A stretch of 62,982 nt of DNA, the filler included, from Thraustochytrium aureum (taxonomy: Eukaryota): the NCBI GenBank assembly GCA_012862495.1. It is 10 parts of 5 records of this genome, joined end to end, with 100 filler letters (N's around TTAATTAATTAA, not from the genome) between each part and the next. Parts side by side here need not be neighbours in the genome. Positions count along the whole stretch, not along the records: positions 20,105 to 31,496 come from BLSG01000206.1; positions 31,597 to 36,841 come from BLSG01000206.1; 8 more parts are not named here. One strand, 5' to 3'. Positions 23,856 to 33,602 of this stretch are shown in pieces (positions within the stretch are counted from its first letter, which is position 1; each line of letters starts with the position of its first letter). The notes under the pieces were generated by a model. That model saw nothing but the letters and a program-made list of their open reading frames with translations. It was not told the origin of the DNA and made no database searches. Position numbers and translations under genes: made by a program.

Positions 23856-26035
23856 ATGAGGGCTGCGGTCAAAGTATGGCTTGCCGCAGCGGCTGTGGCG
23901 CTGGCCTGCGCCGCTGGTCCGGCTCTAGCGAGGAGCTCCCTGGAGGTCGATGATGCTGGCGACGAGCCCACGGAGGCCGGCCTTGACTGGTTCGGAGACC
24001 CCGGCCCAGAACTGGACGTGATCGAGCCCGGGTGCGACGAATACAAGACCACAACAGAGAGCAAGGACCCCGCCCAAGTCGAGGAGAGGACGAGGGACCT
24101 GAGGCGAAGGTCGAGCAAAACGCGGCGGCCGACGCGCGCCCCCTCCCCGCGGCCGACGCGCGCCCCAATCACGCCTCGGCCAACCAAAGCCCCAACGACT
24201 CGAGCCGACGCGGGCGCCAACGCCCCGCCCAACAAGGCCAGTGCCAACTTTCAGGCCCACGAGGGCGCCGGTCGGGCAGCCCCACACCGTACCCGTCGCG
24301 CGCCACAGGCCAAGGTCAAGTGTGGTGCGACACGCACGGCACCCAAGTCGCTTGCGAGGCAGATAGGTGCAAGTGGACCAACGATGCGTGCGAAGAGCTC
24401 GAGTGCGCCTCCATGATTGCTTGGGACTTTGTTGGAGACGTGCGGGAGCCCGGCGGCTCCGAGATAACCGACTTTCGCTGGAAGCACCAACAAGCGTGCC
24501 CCGACCTGCCCTTCGCGAGCTACGACTACCCGGAGCACGCCACGGTTGGCGCGGCGCCGCCTGCCGATTTCGACGACGTGGGGTCCGCAGCAGACAGGTT
24601 GGCGTACGCCACCGCACATCACGAGACGCCCTTTTCCGTCGACGTAGACAAGCTCACAGACGAGGAAATCGACTCGCTTTGCCTGACTGTCGAGGACTGC
24701 CACGTCCCCCCGCAGCTTACAGTGGTGCGCCATGCCGCGGACGGTGCGATCTGGCAGCCCAGACTCAACTCGTTCCGCAGATCGTTCAACGACGTGGGCA
24801 CGTATTGCTGCGATGTCAACCAAGAGGCAAGCAAGCAGGCCATGGACACGAACTTTTTCACGTTGCACAGGCTTCCGCCTGCCGCGGTGACGCGTGCCCG
24901 CGAGTACGCCAGCAAGGTGTCACAGAGCTTCTTTCCGCGGGGCTCTGATGCGACCACCGCGCGGATCATCAAAGTCAGCTTCGAGATCAACAAAGAGCCG
25001 CTCTACATCTACGTCGACATGACGTGCGGGGCGGCTCGCGACTACTACAGGCGCAACGGTTTTCTTGGCCAGTGGAAGGCGCGCCTGAACGGGCTCTTCT
25101 ACGAGATAGTGTACCGCACGAGCGGCAAGTTTCCCTCCACGCACGGGCCGGCGCGCAACGACCTTGGATTCGTCAGCACCAAAGAGGCCTACGCAGACTA
25201 CGACTCGCGGCTCTCGCTCTCCGAGTACAACTTGGCGCTGATGGGAGTCATCGACACGTCGTCCTCGCAACGCCGGTTTGCATGGATTACAGTCCGCAAC
25301 ATCTGGTCGTACCTGGGCTCGCTGAGCCCCGCGCAAATGGTGGCCGCATACGTCAAGACCGGCCTCGAGTGGACTTTCCTGAGCCCTCCGAAGGGCAACA
25401 TGCCTGTCGCTCTCCTCTACCTTCTAGCTGCGCAGAATCTCTACTCGTCCAAGATGCGGCCCGGCCAGGAGCTTGACTTCTCCGTCGTGGCGCGCTACTC
25501 GGGCGCGTTCTACGACAAGGAAAAGCCGGCGCTTGACTATTTGGCAGAGCTGCAGGCAGACGGGCGCCCGCGCTTCATGCAGGTAGCGCTAGCCGGCACA
25601 GAGTGCATCGCCCGCCTTCCGAAGCGCTTTGTCAGCCGCTACATCAACGATGGGGTTGCTCCGGAGGTTGGTTGCTTTGAGATGACGCGCTCTGGGGCCG
25701 AGCTGCTCTGCGCAAAGTGGTGCAGCTCGCACTGTTCGTCGTTTTGGGGCATCCTCGCAGCCGCCCGAGCCACCATCTGGGACACCCTGCAGTCGCAGGT
25801 TCCGCGCTGCTCCGACTGCCCGGGCTTTGTTGGGGTAATACGGGAGGACGTGCCGTACTTTTCTTCGAGCCCGTTTCTCAACTTTTCGTTCTTCCCCCAG
25901 TGCATCCCCTTCCGTGCGCCAAACGGTGAGCTTATTTTGGACCAGCACGTTGGCGACCCTCTCTACGAGCCCGACTACGACAAGTGCGAGACGTGCAGCG
26001 GGAGTCCAAGTGACTGCGTTTTGACAGACGCCTAA
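23856..26035 (+). CDS. Secreted protein of unknown function: signal peptide, PT(R)AP mucin-like repeats, Cys-rich segments; two frameshifts near 24203 and 24275
   Basis: Signal MRAAVKVWLAAAAVALACAAGPALA. RPTRAP repeats continue across three frames into the long ORF 24032-26035, which has GC3-biased codons. Confidence 0.75.
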
Positions 26036-26301
26036 GTCTGTGGACCTGGCCGTCCGCCCTCGGCGCGGGAAGCAGAGCAGCGCGCTTGACGCTCGCCCCC
26101 GCCCGGGCCCCAACCCTGGTCTTTCAGCTCGCTCAGCTCTATCAATCGAGCAACCGCAGTACGAGTAGGTAGGTCTACAGAAATCAGTCTCAGCATTCTT
26201 GTTTTGAGGAGCCGCGCGCGCTCGCACTGGCCCTGCATCTCGCCCCGCCTTCCTTCGCACCACTACATCCATGGTTTACAGAAGAACCGAGGCAGCTGCA
26301 G

Positions 26302-27585
26302 CTACTGCGGCACGCCGGCCACCGCGAGCATCTCTTCAGTGCTCAAAATCTTGTCCCTGTCGCGAGGCGGGTTGCTCTGCGCCCCCCGGCGGCACTCCTC
26401 CGCATTGATCCGCGCGTATCCAGCCCAGTCAACGAAGCGGCACTTGGCCTCGAGGAGGTCGGCAAGACTCTTGCCCGAGCCGCGTGGCGACGGACTGTTG
26501 GCCAGGTCTTGAACGATGCTGTCAACGGTCTCCTTCGCGTCGGTGATATTGGTTCCGATGATGCCCGAGGGTCCACGCTTGAGCCAGCCAGAAGCGTAGA
26601 GACCGGCTCTGACTGCGACGCGGCCAACGACGTGGTCGACCGTGTTGCGGTCCAAGTCAAAGGGCACGCCGGGGAGGGGCTCGGACTTGTACCCGATCGA
26701 GCGGATTAGAAGCCCGCAGTCGAGGTGCTCCGGCGTCGCTTCGGGGTCGGCGACGGCGCGCTGGTTGAAGGCCTCGCCCACCAGCTTGTTGGCTTGCAGC
26801 GTGATTCCCGCTACCCGGCCCGCGGCGTCGCAGTCGATCGCTGTGGGCGAAACGAGGAAGCGAAGGTCGACGACTCGGTCCTGCGCCGCGGCGGCGACGT
26901 GGTCGGCGCTGGTCTTTTCGAGAAGCTCGTTGATGCGCTTTTTGGCCCGCGTTGCCTGGATCTCTTCGACGCTCGCTTGAGTGAGCCCCCGNNNNNNNNN
27001 NNNNNNNNNNNNNNNNNNNNNNNNNNNNNNNNNNNNNNNNNNNNNNNNNNNNNNNNNNNNNNNNNNNNNNNNGGCGAGCTCGTCCACGCTCTTCGTCAGG
27101 ACGCGGGCGCAGTCGAGGGCAACGTTGCCTTGGCCAACGATCGCCGCCGACTCGCAGTCCAAGAGCGGCGGCGCGCGCTCCGTCATATCTGGGTGCCCGT
27201 TGTACCAATTGACAAAGTCCCTTGCGCCCCAGACGTTGGAGGCGGCCTCCTCCTTGTCAAGCCCGAGGAGCTTGTCCGTGCTGGCGCCGTACGAGAGGAC
27301 CACTCCGTCGTATTCGGAGAGCAGCGCGTCGACGCTGACGTCGGCCCCCACCTCGACATTGCCAAAGTACTTGACGCGTTCGTGGCTCATGACCTCGTCA
27401 AAGTCGTTGGTCACGGACTTGACCTCTGGGTGGTCAGGCGCGACGCCGAACCGCACGAGGCCGTAGCAGGTCGGAAGCTTGTCGACCACGTCGATCTGGA
27501 GTCTTTCGCCCAGCGCGCTTCGGAGCAAGTACTTTGCCGTGTACATGCCGCCGGGTCCTGACCCCACTACACACACGCGGAGCAT
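26302..27585 (-). CDS. FDXR: NADPH:adrenodoxin oxidoreductase (ferredoxin reductase), with internal gap
   Basis: Motifs RVCVVGSGPGG, YGLVRFGVAPDHPEVK, FVNWYNGHP, IVGQGNVALD, RSIGYK and GWLKRGPSGIIGT. Confidence 0.93.
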   Translation of the reverse strand: MLRVCVVGSGPGGMYTAKYLLRSALGERLQIDVVDKLPTCYGLVRFGVAPDHPEVKSVTNDFDEVMSHERVKYFGNVEVGADVSVDALLSEYDGVVLSYGASTDKLLGLDKEEAASNVWGARDFVNWYNGHPDMTERAPPLLDCESAAIVGQGNVALDCARVLTKSVDELAXXXXXXXXXXXXXXXXXXXXXXXXXXXRGLTQASVEEIQATRAKKRINELLEKTSADHVAAAAQDRVVDLRFLVSPTAIDCDAAGRVAGITLQANKLVGEAFNQRAVADPEATPEHLDCGLLIRSIGYKSEPLPGVPFDLDRNTVDHVVGRVAVRAGLYASGWLKRGPSGIIGTNITDAKETVDSIVQDLANSPSPRGSGKSLADLLEAKCRFVDWAGYARINAEECRRGAQSNPPRDRDKILSTEEMLAVAGVPQ

Positions 27586-28231
27586 TTTCCCAGCAAGCGC
27601 GCGCCGCTGCGTCCACACTTTCCCACGTAGCCCCAGGCCGAGCGCAGCCTGCCGACCTCAACGCCGCACGAGCACGTGCTTCAGCCTTCCTTCAGGGAGG
27701 GACGGCCGGCCCGGACTCCACGATTGCAATCTTCCGCCCTTGGCCCAGCGGCGTCCAGTACCGCGCCGCAGCCGCACCGCGCAAGCCCTGGAATACTCTG
27801 CGCAAAGCCGAAGGTGCGGCTGCTCGCTCCGCGCCAGGCCTCGGCGTCGCAGGTCTGCTGCTTGACGCGGGCATCGACATCAACATGCAAGTCATTCACT
27901 CCTTTCGGTGCGAATTTTGCGGAACGCTTTCACTGCCTGAGCAGCACCGCAAGATTTGTCGCGCACTGCGCCGGCCCCCGAGCCCGAGGAGCCAGATGCG
28001 AGACCTCGTGGCAGTCATGCGAAAGCCGTCCATGAAAGCGAGCGAGCAATCGACGAGAAAGCGCATCGCGATGACGCCTGCTGACGGCTCGCGCGTTGAA
28101 ATGTTACTCGCAAAAAATGAATGAATGCATGCCCGCTCGGTTGCGCACCACAGTACTCTCTAGAGCTAGTACTCGAGTGCTCTACTAATCATTCATCCAC
28201 AGACAGAGGGATCGGCGTGCCGCAAGGTTCA

Positions 28232-30446
28232 TTATACAGATGGGGCGCGCGCGCGCGCTTCGAAGCTGTCGCGGTACATCATGAACGACCGCTGCCGCGA
28301 AAACGTCGTTGACGTTCTTGCACGGAAAAACGCGAATATTGGTGCAAGAGATGGCCTCGAGCGCGGCACACGCGCAGCGATAGGGGCGTTCTCAAGTGCT
28401 GGGCCAAGATCCTGCGGCGCGATTTCTGAAGCCTGTGCAACCTCGGCGCGACCTCTCGGCGTGCGGCCAAAGTTGCCCCACCCGTGAGGCGGCACAAGCG
28501 GGGGCGCGAGATCGTTGCGAGGCAGCGTCGATCCAGAGCCGACTTCATTCCTGCTCCTGTCGTCAGCGGTTGATACCGACCCGAACGAACCGTCAGAGAT
28601 TGCCACCTTTTTGCCGCCTCTCGTTTGGCCATAGGGAGGAAAGTCACCCGACATGTTGCGCGGACTTCCAGCTCTTCCGACCGCTCCGCCGTCGCGGCCC
28701 TTCAGCTTCCAGGTTACAAAGAATGCGCCAAGTGCCATGACAGCGGTGGCGCCTACAGCGCCACCGATTACGAGCCCGAGGTTGTCAGACGAACCGGCCT
28801 CCTGCGGTGGTGGAGGGCCGAACTGCCCGCCTGTCGGGCTGTTCGTTGCTCCGTTCGTCAACGGCGCCCGCGTGACTGGCGCGAGCGTCGGCGCCCGCGT
28901 GACTGGCGCGAGCGTCGGCGCCTCCGTCAACGGGGATTTTGAAGGCGCCGTCGTTGGTGGGACGTACTGCTCGAAGCGCGCAAAGGTCGTCATGAAGGCG
29001 CCAGCGCAGGTTGTCGAATCGAATGTTTGGGCCGCGCAGGCGCCAACCTTAAACATCGACTTTCGCTCGCCAAAATCAGAGAAAGCGAGCATGGTCCAGC
29101 TGATCTTGATTCCATTTGTTTCGCTTGTGCGACCCGAGAGGAAGTTGAGGGCGTCTCTAGCGACCTCCAGGTTGGGCGGTTCCTGCGCTTCCTCGTGCGC
29201 GACGGGCTTCCAACCGGCGACGAAAATCGGCACCTTGGAAACGTGGTCCGCGATGCGGTCTTTGATGACTGAAAGCGACTCATCCGCGGTAGCGAACATG
29301 ACGCTGTACATGACGTTGCTTGGCTTTGCCACGGGATTGGTTGCAACTTGGCTGAGATCCTGGTTCCAGTTTGGCGTGCCTGCGAGGATGACAGTGTTCG
29401 CGTCGTGCTTGCGGATCTCGTTTATGACTGCGTTGTGGTAGGCCTTAAGGGTGGCCCACGAGATCCCGCTGGGCTGGCCCGCGATGTCGTAGATAACGTG
29501 CGACTTGTCCTTGTAAANNNNNNNNNNNNNNNNNNNNNNNNNNNNNNNNNNNNNNNNNNNNNNNNNNNNNNNNNNNNNNNNNNNNNNNNNNNNNNNNNNN
29601 NNNNNNNNNNNNNNNNNNNNNNNNNNNNNNNNNNNNNNNNNNNNNNNNNNNNNNNNNNNNNNNNNNNNNNNNNNNNNNNNNNNNNNNNNNNNNNNNNNAG
29701 ATAACGTGCGACTTGTCCTTGTAAAGCTCTGCCATCTCCCTCCAGAACTGAATCGCAAGGCCTGTGGAAGCCCCCTCGCTGTCAAGGTACTCGTTGGGGT
29801 TGCCTGTGCTCTGCGCTGACGCTTCGACATAAAAGGAGATTATGACGTAGATGCCGAGCGCCTCTGTTGCAGCAACAGCGTCGATCAAGGCGTTCTTGCG
29901 GCTGTTGTCCTTGGCGTACCCGACGCCGTCGTTGGAATCGCCGACGAGCATGGTTGCTCGCACAACGTTGACGCCCCATGAAGACGCCGCTACCCCGAGA
30001 GCCTGAGGTGTCCAACAGCTCAGGGACCACTGCAGCCGGTCTGAGTTGATCCCGGTGAGGTGGACCGGGTCTCCGCTCGCATCAGAGAGCTGGCGGTTGA
30101 CAACCTTCAGCTTGCCGTGCTTGGTAGCGAAGCCTCTGCTGTCGACGGGCCCTGGGTCTACCACGCCTGCCGCGCAGTTCAGCTTGGTGCAGTCCCAGAC
30201 GTAGCCGTCGTTCGATTCGTCAACGTAGTTTGCCGGGCACGCGCCCAGGCAGCCGCCATAGTACTCTGACTTGCTGAAGCAGGCCTTGCCGCTCGGGCAG
30301 CAGTCTGCGAAATGCCTGCAGTCATCACCGGGCTTGATTTGTTCCGGCGCGCAAGACATGGTGGCGCCGTTCACCTCGCCCAACATCCAGGTTGCCGCCG
30401 CCACTGCGGCCGAGCCCGCGACGGCGAGCGACCTCTTGAAGCCCAT
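28232..30446 (-). CDS. Type I membrane protein: signal peptide, CBM1-like Cys domain, catalytically dead GH5 (cellulase, GH5_2-like) domain, PT linker, TM helix, cytosolic tail
   Basis: GH5 motifs HGKLKV...QLSD..G..V.L.G, WGVNVVRA.M, YKDKSHVIYDIAGQP, GTPNWNQD, PIFVAGW and ISW. TM helix GLVIGGAVGATAVMALGAFFVTW. The gap at 29518-29698 is flanked by the same 27 nt on both sides, so the two parts overlap. Confidence 0.85.
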
Positions 30447-31496
30447 CTCGCGGACCGCCTCCGCGGCCAGCCCGCTGTCGGCCCTCCCCGCTCACCTGCC
30501 CGCCGCGGCCGCTTGCATGCGTTTCCCCCGCTCGCTAGCTCTAGAGCAGCACGGCTCCCGTGCGCAGGGCCAAGCAAGGCCTGCTCGCTCTGGCCTCTCC
30601 GCGGCTGCTTTCAGGTTTGGGCTCACGGCTGGCTTGCTAGCTTGCTCGCTTGCCGGCCGCATTTCGAGCGCCAAACAGGGAAGAAGGCCTTCGAGTACTT
30701 CGTCAAGTGAGCGCTCCTGTCCCTCTAACTCCACGCGCCGCTGCATTCAAGAGACGCGCAGGCCAGCACAAGCCGAGCTTCCACTTCTTTGCGGTCCTGT
30801 CGGGATCGGCCGCCTCTGCGGCCTGAGAACACGGGCTCTCCGAGCGGCTCAAGAGTGCGCAGTGTGTTTGGACTCGGAGGTGGGCGATCATCATCTCGCA
30901 GTGTTCCCTTGCCTGGCCACGCTACGCCTGGCTTACCTACAGATGGAGAGCCAAGGAGGACGAGCCCAACGAAGGCAAGCTTGAGCACAGCACCTGAGCT
31001 CGAGTGGTGAGTTCTTGGCTCCGAGTCGAGCGCCGTGCTTCTTGCAGTGTCGCTGATGCGCGGCGCCTCCAAACACGCGAGGCGTGGCGAAAACGCGATC
31101 TGAATCTGCCTGCAGTGCAGTGCTCACCAAGTAGTGAGCACTTGCGCATAAGTTACTCTACCTACTCTATACCTTACTCCGAGTCATCAGTGTCAGTGCC
31201 CTACCTGCTTGGACGGCGCACACCGCAAGCGCAGGGGCCTTTGGTTTTCGCGTCTCTCGTGGTTTTCGCGCTTCACGCTGGTTTTCGAGGAACTGCTTGC
31301 CCGCTGGAGCGGCGCTCGTGAATGGCGCAGAAAGTGGCACGTGTCACCAGTGCCTGTCCCCCCCTGTAGCGAACGTAGCAGCAGACGCCTTGCGACCTCG
31401 AGTTCGTACCTCCTCGCTGCCACCTGGAGGAGACGCGCGGTGACGACCCGTTCGCGGCGAGATTTCCCTTGCTGCAGCTGCCCGCCGTGATCGCAG

Positions 31497-31596
31497 NNNN
31501 NNNNNNNNNNNNNNNNNNNNNNNNNNNNNNNNNNNNNNNNTTAATTAATTAANNNNNNNNNNNNNNNNNNNNNNNNNNNNNNNNNNNNNNNNNNNN
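31497..31596. other. Artificial scaffold-joining spacer
   Basis: 44 N + TTAATTAATTAA + 44 N. Confidence 0.97.
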
Positions 31597-31890
31597 GAAA
31601 ACAAGCTGGAGTATACGGACATTTTCAACGAGTACACCGAACTCATCGAGTCGTACCTGGAGGCTCGCCTGACAAAGCGCATTCCCGGGTTTATGCTCGA
31701 CCGATTTGCGCACATGTGCGAGAAGCGCCGCGGCGAAATCACGGGCGACGTCTTTGACATTTTGTTGAGCTGTGGGGACTTTGACGAGTTCAAGTTTTTG
31801 ATGCTCTCACACAAGACGGCGCTCGGCAGCAGCGGGTCGCTGGTCGCTCTCGGGTCAAACATGCCTTCGGGCGCTTCGGCCGGCATGTAG
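31597..31890 (+). CDS. ARL2BP: ARL2-binding protein (BART domain), 5' truncated
   Basis: Translation ENKLEYTDIFNEYTELIESYLEARL..RIPGF.....GDVFDILLSCGDFDEFKFLMLSHK. Confidence 0.88.
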   Translation, partial: ENKLEYTDIFNEYTELIESYLEARLTKRIPGFMLDRFAHMCEKRRGEITGDVFDILLSCGDFDEFKFLMLSHKTALGSSGSLVALGSNMPSGASAGM

Positions 31891-32423
31891 CCGGTGTCGT
31901 TCGTCCGTGGCAGTGCCGGCGTGGGGCCGAGATATTCGCAAGTGACGAGCAGTCGAGTGCTTTTAGCGTGAGCTGGAGCAAAGGTGAGCGCAGCATTTAA
32001 AACAAAGTCCATCAACGAAGGCCAAGTCGGGCCCTGTTCGCCCAACGGCATGCCCGAACTATAAACGAAGACATCTCAACCAAAATGTGAATGAATTCTA
32101 CCTACATACACTCTCCGCGCGCGCGGGGCCATCCTCGCTGCCCGCCTCGGGCTTGCTGGACGGCCGCAAGGCCACTACGAGCTCGCGCTCGATGATGCCA
32201 TGCAGAGCTGCACGGTGGTCGCCCTGCCGACCTCAATGATCTTTCAGGGCGGGGCGTAGGCCGACAAGACAAGCGGTGCCAAGGACGCCGAGCTGCAAGT
32301 AAAAACTAAGATGATTCACATCAATCAACATGACTACTAGTGGAGCCTCGAGGCTCGGGTGTTGTGGCAGCTACAAGTTACAGCGGACGGGACCGCCCTA
32401 GCGGTTCGCAGTCGAGCGAGCGC

Positions 32424-33602
32424 CTACGCCACCGTGCGCTCGCGCAGGAGAGGCGGGCCCTCGAGGCCGACCTTGGAGATACCCCGCTTCTTCATCCGGG
32501 CCTCCCAGTGGTCGTGCGCGCGGCGGCGATCCGAGACCAAGCCGAAGATCGCGCAGATGTCGATCAAGAGCTTGGTAGGGTTGTACTGCGAGCTGACACC
32601 GAGCTCCGAAGCGGCATAGTCGTGCGGGAACGCGTGGTGCCAGTTGTGCCAGCCCTCGCCCATCGAGAGGATGGACACCATCGAGTTCTCCGCTGGGTTA
32701 ATGTGCTCGTCATACGGATGGCCTCCGTACAGGTGCGCAGCGCTGTTGACGAGCCACGTCCCGTTCAGGCAGAGCACATAGCGAAGAACGCCCATGAGCA
32801 GAAAGCCCTTGTACACGGTCTCGCCCCAGAGCAAGTTGCCAACGATGGCCGGGGCAACGAAAGACCAGGCCAGGTTCCAGAGCGGGTCAAAGCGCTTTTG
32901 CAGCTGCACCTCGGGCATGGCGGCCAGGTCATCCATAGGAATGTGGTTTCCAGCAAACTTGACGCGCGGGTCCTTTTTCAGGAGCAGCCAGCCTACGTGG
33001 GCGAAGAAAAACCCGCGCAGCGCGTTGTGCGGGTCTGCCTTCGTCTCGGAGTACTTGTGGTGCGTTCGGTGGTCGCGGCTCCAGTGGTAGATTGTGCCCT
33101 GGTTTGCAATGGAGGAGCAGATCATGACCAAGAAACGGTACACCACGTTGCCCTTGTACGACTTGTGGCTCCACAGCCTGTGCAGGCCGCCTGTGACGCC
33201 AAACCCGCCAATCATGTAGAATGCCAACATACCGGCGAGCGTCTGCCACTTGCAGTCGAACAGGTGCGGCACGGCGAAGGCGGCGAGGACGTGTACGCCG
33301 AGGATGTAGGTCGCCATCACCCAGCGTGTGTTGCGCAGGAGCCACGGGACAAGGGAAAGCGTTTGGTCGCGCTCGTACTTGTCGATGGCCGCCTGCTCTT
33401 CCTTGGAGCGCGCCTTGTAGCCCTCGGGCATGTCGGCGATTTTGAGGACCTTGTCGTCCTTGGGCACGCGTGTTCCGTAGTACGCCATGCCGCCGCCGAC
33501 GGCCAGAGCCGTCGCGAGGCCAATCATGCGACTCGCCACGACTTCGGGGTTGGCCTCGACCACGCTCGCCGAAGCGTTCTGGCCCCACATGTTGGCCGCC
33601 AT
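32424..33602 (-). CDS. Acyl-CoA delta-9 fatty acid desaturase (SCD/OLE1 type, no cytochrome b5 fusion)
   Basis: Histidine boxes HRLWSH, HRTHH and GEGWHNWHH, plus DPHNA.RGFFFAHVGW and TWLVNSAAH. Confidence 0.96.
   Translation of the reverse strand: MAANMWGQNASASVVEANPEVVASRMIGLATALAVGGGMAYYGTRVPKDDKVLKIADMPEGYKARSKEEQAAIDKYERDQTLSLVPWLLRNTRWVMATYILGVHVLAAFAVPHLFDCKWQTLAGMLAFYMIGGFGVTGGLHRLWSHKSYKGNVVYRFLVMICSSIANQGTIYHWSRDHRTHHKYSETKADPHNALRGFFFAHVGWLLLKKDPRVKFAGNHIPMDDLAAMPEVQLQKRFDPLWNLAWSFVAPAIVGNLLWGETVYKGFLLMGVLRYVLCLNGTWLVNSAAHLYGGHPYDEHINPAENSMVSILSMGEGWHNWHHAFPHDYAASELGVSSQYNPTKLLIDICAIFGLVSDRRRAHDHWEARMKKRGISKVGLEGPPLLRERTVA

Noticed and set aside
29491..29725. Internal duplication of YKDKSHVI in the GH5 gene
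   Set aside because: The same 27 nt flank both sides of the N gap, indicating unmerged overlapping contigs.
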